From the NCBI GenBank assembly GCA_964464645.1, contig CAYXGU010000001.1, positions 1,716-32,385 on the forward strand: 30,670 bases of DNA. Direction: 5' to 3'. The position numbers and the translations under genes were made by a program. The DNA comes from an uncultured Candidatus Saccharibacteria bacterium. Lineage in GTDB: Bacteria; Patescibacteriota; WWE3; UBA101185; UBA10185. The notes below the pieces were generated by a model that worked only from the letters and a program-made list of their open reading frames with translations, was not told where the DNA came from and made no database searches. This document shows positions 26,335-30,670 of the stretch, in pieces (position 1 is the first letter of the stretch; every line of letters begins with the position of its first letter).

Positions 26335-26904
26335 ATGTTGAAGATCCTGTTTTCCTCCCTGATTGAAAAACCCAAAAACATGTGTTTTGACGGTGAGGAT
26401 AACGACGAGAAAATTTTATATGTATTCAGGCGCAGTCTTGTGACAAACTTTGACTGGCTTTTAATTGCAGTGGTGCTTGTATTTGCCCCAACACTGATTA
26501 CCTGGCTAATTCAAGAGTCAGCACCTGAGCTATACGGAGCACTTCCTGCCGAACTAAAGTTGATTATGTCTTTATTTTGGGGGCTTTTTATAATTGGGTA
26601 TTTGCTTGTTAATTTTTTGAACTGGTTTTTTAATGTATACATTGTGTCAAGCAAGCGTATAGTCGATATGGACTTTATTGGACTGCTCCACAAAAACATT
26701 TCCGAAGCGCCACTGGCTAGTGTTGAGGACGTTACGTCGCAGGTAAGCGGCACGCTAAGAGTAATTTTTAATTACGGAACAGTGTTTATTCAGACCGCAG
26801 CCGAAGCACGCGAATTTGAATTTACCGACGTTGCTAAACCCGCAAAAGTGCGTGATATTTTGTCGGACATCGTCACCGATGTGCGATCAGGAAACCAACA
26901 ATGA
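26335..26904 (+). CDS. Membrane protein with bacterial PH (bPH_2-like) domain
   Basis: Two TM helices, then YIVSSKRIVD...VEDVT...IFNYGTVFIQTA. ATG 26335 has TATAAT 6 nt upstream. Confidence 0.8.
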   Translation: MLKILFSSLIEKPKNMCFDGEDNDEKILYVFRRSLVTNFDWLLIAVVLVFAPTLITWLIQESAPELYGALPAELKLIMSLFWGLFIIGYLLVNFLNWFFNVYIVSSKRIVDMDFIGLLHKNISEAPLASVEDVTSQVSGTLRVIFNYGTVFIQTAAEAREFEFTDVAKPAKVRDILSDIVTDVRSGNQQ

Positions 26905-27131
26905 TTGTGCCTATATTTGACGTTGATTTGCTAAAAGTTTTTGAAGTGTTGGTAATTTGTTTGCTTGGAGTGTACACACTCTTTGCGTTTATAATTATTC
27001 GCCAGGTCAACTTAATGACCACCAGTTTTGATACTGAAGCTTCGGCTCTTTTTACATTTGTAGCAGCTCTACACTTTTTTGCGGCACTACTGCTTTTGGT
27101 TTTTGCAGTTGTTATACTACTAATACTCTAG
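26901..27131 (+). CDS. DUF5657-like small membrane protein
   Basis: 76 aa, two TM helices, FAFIIIRQVNLMTTS motif; ATGA-coupled to the previous gene. Confidence 0.7.
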   Translation: MIVPIFDVDLLKVFEVLVICLLGVYTLFAFIIIRQVNLMTTSFDTEASALFTFVAALHFFAALLLLVFAVVILLIL

Positions 27132-27143
27132 GATGGAAAAAAT

Positions 27144-28838
27144 ATGGAAAAAATACTAACAGCAAAATTACAAAAAATAACACCCGAGCTACCTGCAAAT
27201 GCAAATGCTATTTCTAATGCCCTTACTATAAAGCCCGACGATGAAACGGCGTTAGAACGCAAGGGTACACTTTATACAGTCTTTGATGTAAGTAGTTCTG
27301 TTTTACTAGACAGTGTACTAATTACAAACATAGTAAACGATGTTTTGCATGACGCCTACTTTCAAACCGAAAGCACATCTCCTATTCAATCGGTAGAAAA
27401 AGCCATTTTACGCCTACGGGATAACTTAATTAAAATTGCAAAAACCAGCGGAAAAGAGGAAACACCAAAATTTAATATCGCTACTGCGATATTGTGGGGC
27501 AACACTTTATACTTGGTACAGTACGGTACAACCAAGATTTTTTTAATGCGGGCGGGACAAATTAAACCAATCGAGTCATCAACCGAGGGTAAATTTTCGG
27601 TTGCCTCGGGTATCGTAAAAGACAGCGATGTGGTTATTTTGGCAACTGAAAGTTTTGCGGCCAAGTTTCCGCCAGAGGAGCTTATTCAATCATCCGGTAT
27701 TGCCATTGACATGCTGGAAGTTATGCAGGCAAGTTTAATTTTGAAGTTTGAAATTTCAAAAGAGCTAAACAAAGATGACATTGTTGACTTTGGCACACTT
27801 GCACCCGAAGAAGAACCGGCTACTATTCCCCAAACAACACCACTACCCAAACAACAAGCTGCTCCGGTTAAAAAAAGGCGAGACAAGACAAAACTAATTG
27901 TAGTGGGGGGCATAGTGTTAAATCTGTTAATTTTGTACGCGGTATTTAATGTGCTATCAAATAAAAGAACCGCCCAAGACACACCGCCGGCGCAACAGGA
28001 AGCAACAGAACAGACAGAAATTAGTCAGGAAAATACCCAAACACCGCCACAGATAAATCAAGAAGAGGATGCTCAAAACAAAGTAGAACGCGTCACGGCA
28101 AGTGTGTTCTACGACCTAAAACTGGTTGAGGAAAATGCAAACGCAAGCGCACTTGAAGTTGTAGGTGACACGTTAGTTGTCGCAGATGACTTTTCGGGCA
28201 CACTGTATACATCGGCTGTAAGCACACCAAAATTAACTCCGCTATCGATTAGTTTTAAGGGAATTAGAAACTTAAAAAATGCCGAGGGTAATCTTGAATT
28301 TACTGATGCTGAGGGCTTTAAGGTTCTTGACCTTGCGACCCAGGAGGTTGTTGAGAGTTTTTCACAACCGAATCTTGGCGCGACTGATTCCTACTTGGAT
28401 TTTATCTACTCGGCACAAGGAGATATTATTACTAAGTTTTCCCGTGCCGGTGATGTACTTGAAGGCGAAGACTGGGCCCAAGCCGCCGAAATTGATGGTA
28501 CGGTGTCTATGGGCATTGACATCAGTATTTTCCTACTGCGGCCTGACGAGCTAATTAGCTTTACTACAGGCGAACGTGATGAATTTAGCCTTAAAGATCT
28601 GGACACACCCTTAAACAACGCAAAAGAGGTAATAATCAACCCTGAATTTGAATACATCTACATTGCCGATGCCGGCAACAAGCGTGTGGTGATCGCAGAC
28701 AGGCAGGGCAATTTAGTTAGACAGCTTAAACTTGAAAACGAGGCTGAGTGGGAATTTATGCGCGGCATTACAGTAACCGATGATGAAGCTACACTGTACG
28801 TACTTGCCGGCACAAAAGTTTTTGAAGTAGCGCTTTAA
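27144..28838 (+). CDS. Degenerate PP2C-like domain, TM helix and NHL/beta-propeller protein
   Basis: TLYTVFDV, LYLVQYGTTKIFLMR and DVVILATESF follow the PP2C layout. Central TM; C-terminal YIYIADAGNKRVVI repeats. Confidence 0.7.
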   Translation: MEKILTAKLQKITPELPANANAISNALTIKPDDETALERKGTLYTVFDVSSSVLLDSVLITNIVNDVLHDAYFQTESTSPIQSVEKAILRLRDNLIKIAKTSGKEETPKFNIATAILWGNTLYLVQYGTTKIFLMRAGQIKPIESSTEGKFSVASGIVKDSDVVILATESFAAKFPPEELIQSSGIAIDMLEVMQASLILKFEISKELNKDDIVDFGTLAPEEEPATIPQTTPLPKQQAAPVKKRRDKTKLIVVGGIVLNLLILYAVFNVLSNKRTAQDTPPAQQEATEQTEISQENTQTPPQINQEEDAQNKVERVTASVFYDLKLVEENANASALEVVGDTLVVADDFSGTLYTSAVSTPKLTPLSISFKGIRNLKNAEGNLEFTDAEGFKVLDLATQEVVESFSQPNLGATDSYLDFIYSAQGDIITKFSRAGDVLEGEDWAQAAEIDGTVSMGIDISIFLLRPDELISFTTGERDEFSLKDLDTPLNNAKEVIINPEFEYIYIADAGNKRVVIADRQGNLVRQLKLENEAEWEFMRGITVTDDEATLYVLAGTKVFEVAL

Positions 28839-28839
28839 C

Positions 28840-29295
28840 ATGCTACTGGCGAAAAACAAAAAAGCAACTCACAACTACGAGATTGTGAAAAAATTTGTAG
28901 CCGGGATAAAGCTAAGGGGATACGAAGTAAAGTCGGTTCGTAATGGCAATGTAAACTTTGAAGGCGCATATGTTACTGTTGAGGACTCGGTTCCCAAACT
29001 GCTAAATTTGCACATCGGCAGATACGCGAAACAAAGCCAAAGTACAGAGCTTGCAAACCCCAAACGCCCGCGCGACCTGCTACTTAACAAACCTGAAATA
29101 GCAAAAATTGCCTCGGAACTTAGTCAAAAAGGCCATACGGCAGTCCCCCTGGCTTTAGTTTTAACCAATAACATGGTAAAATTGGAACTCGCAATAGTAA
29201 AAGGCACCAAAAAATACGAGAAAAAAGCAAAAGAAAAGGAAAAACAACAGCAACGGGACCTTGAAAAAGAACTTAAAACCCATTTTCGGGGATGA
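28840..29295 (+). CDS. smpB: SsrA-binding protein
   Basis: NKKATHNYEI...AGIKLRGYEVKSVR, LHIGRY, R.RDLLLNK.EI; abuts tmRNA. Confidence 0.96.
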   Translation: MLLAKNKKATHNYEIVKKFVAGIKLRGYEVKSVRNGNVNFEGAYVTVEDSVPKLLNLHIGRYAKQSQSTELANPKRPRDLLLNKPEIAKIASELSQKGHTAVPLALVLTNNMVKLELAIVKGTKKYEKKAKEKEKQQQRDLEKELKTHFRG

Positions 29296-29673
29296 TCGGA
29301 TTTGACTGGATTTACCCAACACACGAAAACAAGTCAGATTGCTAAACTCTGTAACAATTAGCAAAATATAAGTGCAGCTAATAAAAATGCACGCGTTCCC
29401 GCCTACGCGGGTGCGCTAGTCTAACCCCTAAAAAGCAGCGACTGGTTGATTGGTTTTCTACCTCGAAGAACACCAATTGGCCTAATACAATTCGGGGTGA
29501 AATGTGCAGTGCCCGGCTAAAACCTGCACGTTAACAACAACTAATTTAGCCATGAACCGGCTTTTCGGGTGCGCCTATGCCCTACCGGTTTTTAACAAAG
29601 TTGGGCTAAGCTTGTAAGTTTTTTTGTGTCTTGGCTTTTCAGCACGCGGGTTCGATTCCCGCCATCTCCACCA
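29288..29673 (+). ncRNA. ssrA: tmRNA (tag ORF 29374-29424, AANKNARVPAYAGALV)
   Basis: GGGGATG...GGATTTGAC 5' end; GCGGGTTCGATTCCCGC-CATCTCC-ACCA 3' end with G3.U70; ATAAGT-GCA resume context. Confidence 0.95.
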
Positions 29674-29676
29674 GTG

Positions 29677-29715
29677 GAAAAGCCGGAAGTGTCTTTAGAT
29701 ACTTTCGGCTTTTTC
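29677..29715. terminator. Strong intrinsic terminator after ssrA
   Basis: GAAAAGCCGGAAGTGTCT/AGATACTTTCGGCTTTTT, about 18 bp stem including G.U pairs. Confidence 0.8.
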
Positions 29716-29726
29716 AGTTATGAGCA

Positions 29727-29827
29727 CACGCGGGGAATCGAATGGCGCAGGCACGACGGTGCCGAGCCGGGGTCGACTGGCTCGCCAGCAGGCGAGAACA
29801 GGTGACCGATTCCCGCCATCTCCACCA
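29727..29827 (+). repeat. Duplicated tmRNA 3' end with a 72-nt GC-rich structured insert at the T-loop
   Basis: CACGCGGG (29727-34 = 29643-50) and CGATTCCCGCCATCTCCACCA (29807-27 = 29653-73) flank the insert. Confidence 0.9.
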
Positions 29828-29856
29828 ATAACGCTTTTTTACCGTATAATTGGTTG

Positions 29857-30537
29857 ATGTTGAAATCTGAGCAACAAGATGTTTGGCAACTTCAGCCAGA
29901 AGAATTTATTACCGCTAATTCTGAGTTACTAAGCGAAGGTATAAGAACAAACTTTTCTAAATCCTATTTTGATGAAGACGACATTCAAGAAAGCCTCAAC
30001 AGAGAACTTAAATTCATGGGTGTTATATTAGCTAGCTATGAGCTGTGGGCACAAGAGCCAAACAATGTTGTGTTGTGGGATGTTGACGACACGATGGGCA
30101 AGGCCAAATTTTTAAATGAAACATCAACACCCGAATGGTTTTTTCGCCCCTCCATGCAATTGTTGATTCCTTATATTTCTAAACGATACCCAACCATTAA
30201 AAATGGCATAATCTCCAATCGGCGAGTAGACGAGGCTCGTTATGGCTTTGATAAATACTCCGAGCTCTTTGATGAGTACCCATTCTTTGATCCAAACTAC
30301 ATTTTTAGTTGTAGAGATGAGCCCACAGACAAAGCAGCGGCAAAAGCCATATCCCAAGAGCTATTTGCACTTTATCCGGGCCGCACATCAAGAGACGCAG
30401 AAAAAAAATTGTTGATTCTTAGACAACTTGCAGCAACACGCCACGACATTAAGTGGCGCGTCATAGACGACATGGTAGAAGCTAGCGCTATGGGAGAAAG
30501 TGGTGCGGATGTTTATTACCTAATGCCATTATTTTAG
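29857..30537 (+). CDS. HAD-superfamily-like protein
   Basis: VLWDVDDTM (motif I), GIISNR (II), VIDD (IV). TATAAT 6 nt before ATG 29857. Confidence 0.7.
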   Translation: MLKSEQQDVWQLQPEEFITANSELLSEGIRTNFSKSYFDEDDIQESLNRELKFMGVILASYELWAQEPNNVVLWDVDDTMGKAKFLNETSTPEWFFRPSMQLLIPYISKRYPTIKNGIISNRRVDEARYGFDKYSELFDEYPFFDPNYIFSCRDEPTDKAAAKAISQELFALYPGRTSRDAEKKLLILRQLAATRHDIKWRVIDDMVEASAMGESGADVYYLMPLF

Positions 30538-30670
30538 TGCCTCTATTTCCTCACTTTCCTCATCCGCTGACTTTCCTATTGGGTTTGCTGCAAAATAATT
30601 TCAAGCCGATGTATATCTTCGTCTGTCGTACAAAAAAACCAGAATCTGTATAGCGGGTAAATTTTAGAAA

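Noticed and set aside
48-30357. Numerous 60-160 aa ORFs nested in or antisense to recognised genes
   Set aside because: Shadow ORFs with no motifs or initiation signals.
30538-30670. Possible 3' end of a minus-strand gene
   Set aside because: Two frames are open for only 30-36 codons; the frame and product cannot be determined.

Overview
Gene-dense, moderately AT-rich bacterial chromosomal window. The gene content (short-form Gnd plus ROK kinase, VanW, PPIase-less SurA-N foldase, DUF5657-like protein, many N-anchored exported hypotheticals) is typical of CPR/Patescibacteria; this is inference, not a database result. Core genes: partial class II aldolase, GH1, membrane-anchored clan GH-A hydrolase, PepF, matrixin, VanW, NYN, MurE, Gnd, ROK, SmpB. 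RNA genes: tRNA-Glu(CTC), tRNA-Gln(CTG), tmRNA. An accessory stretch (about 14.2-23.0 kb) holds an AbrB-Doc TA module, HAD, PRTase, wHTH-NUDIX and a high-GC exported protein. Main discoveries: (1) an integron-like tandem array of single-gene cassettes at the tRNA-Gln 3' end. Each cassette ends in a 25-39 bp site with the length and end motifs of the tRNA T-loop-to-CCA segment; related sites occur at 20.7 kb and possibly beyond the gene after tRNA-Glu; no recombinase is in the window. (2) Duplicated tRNA/tmRNA fragments whose loops are replaced by hairpin inserts: T-loop downstream of tmRNA, D-loop upstream of tRNA-Gln. (3) Pervasive leaderless-type promoters. No CRISPR array, rRNA, transposase or integrase was seen. 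All family calls come from motif recognition by eye.
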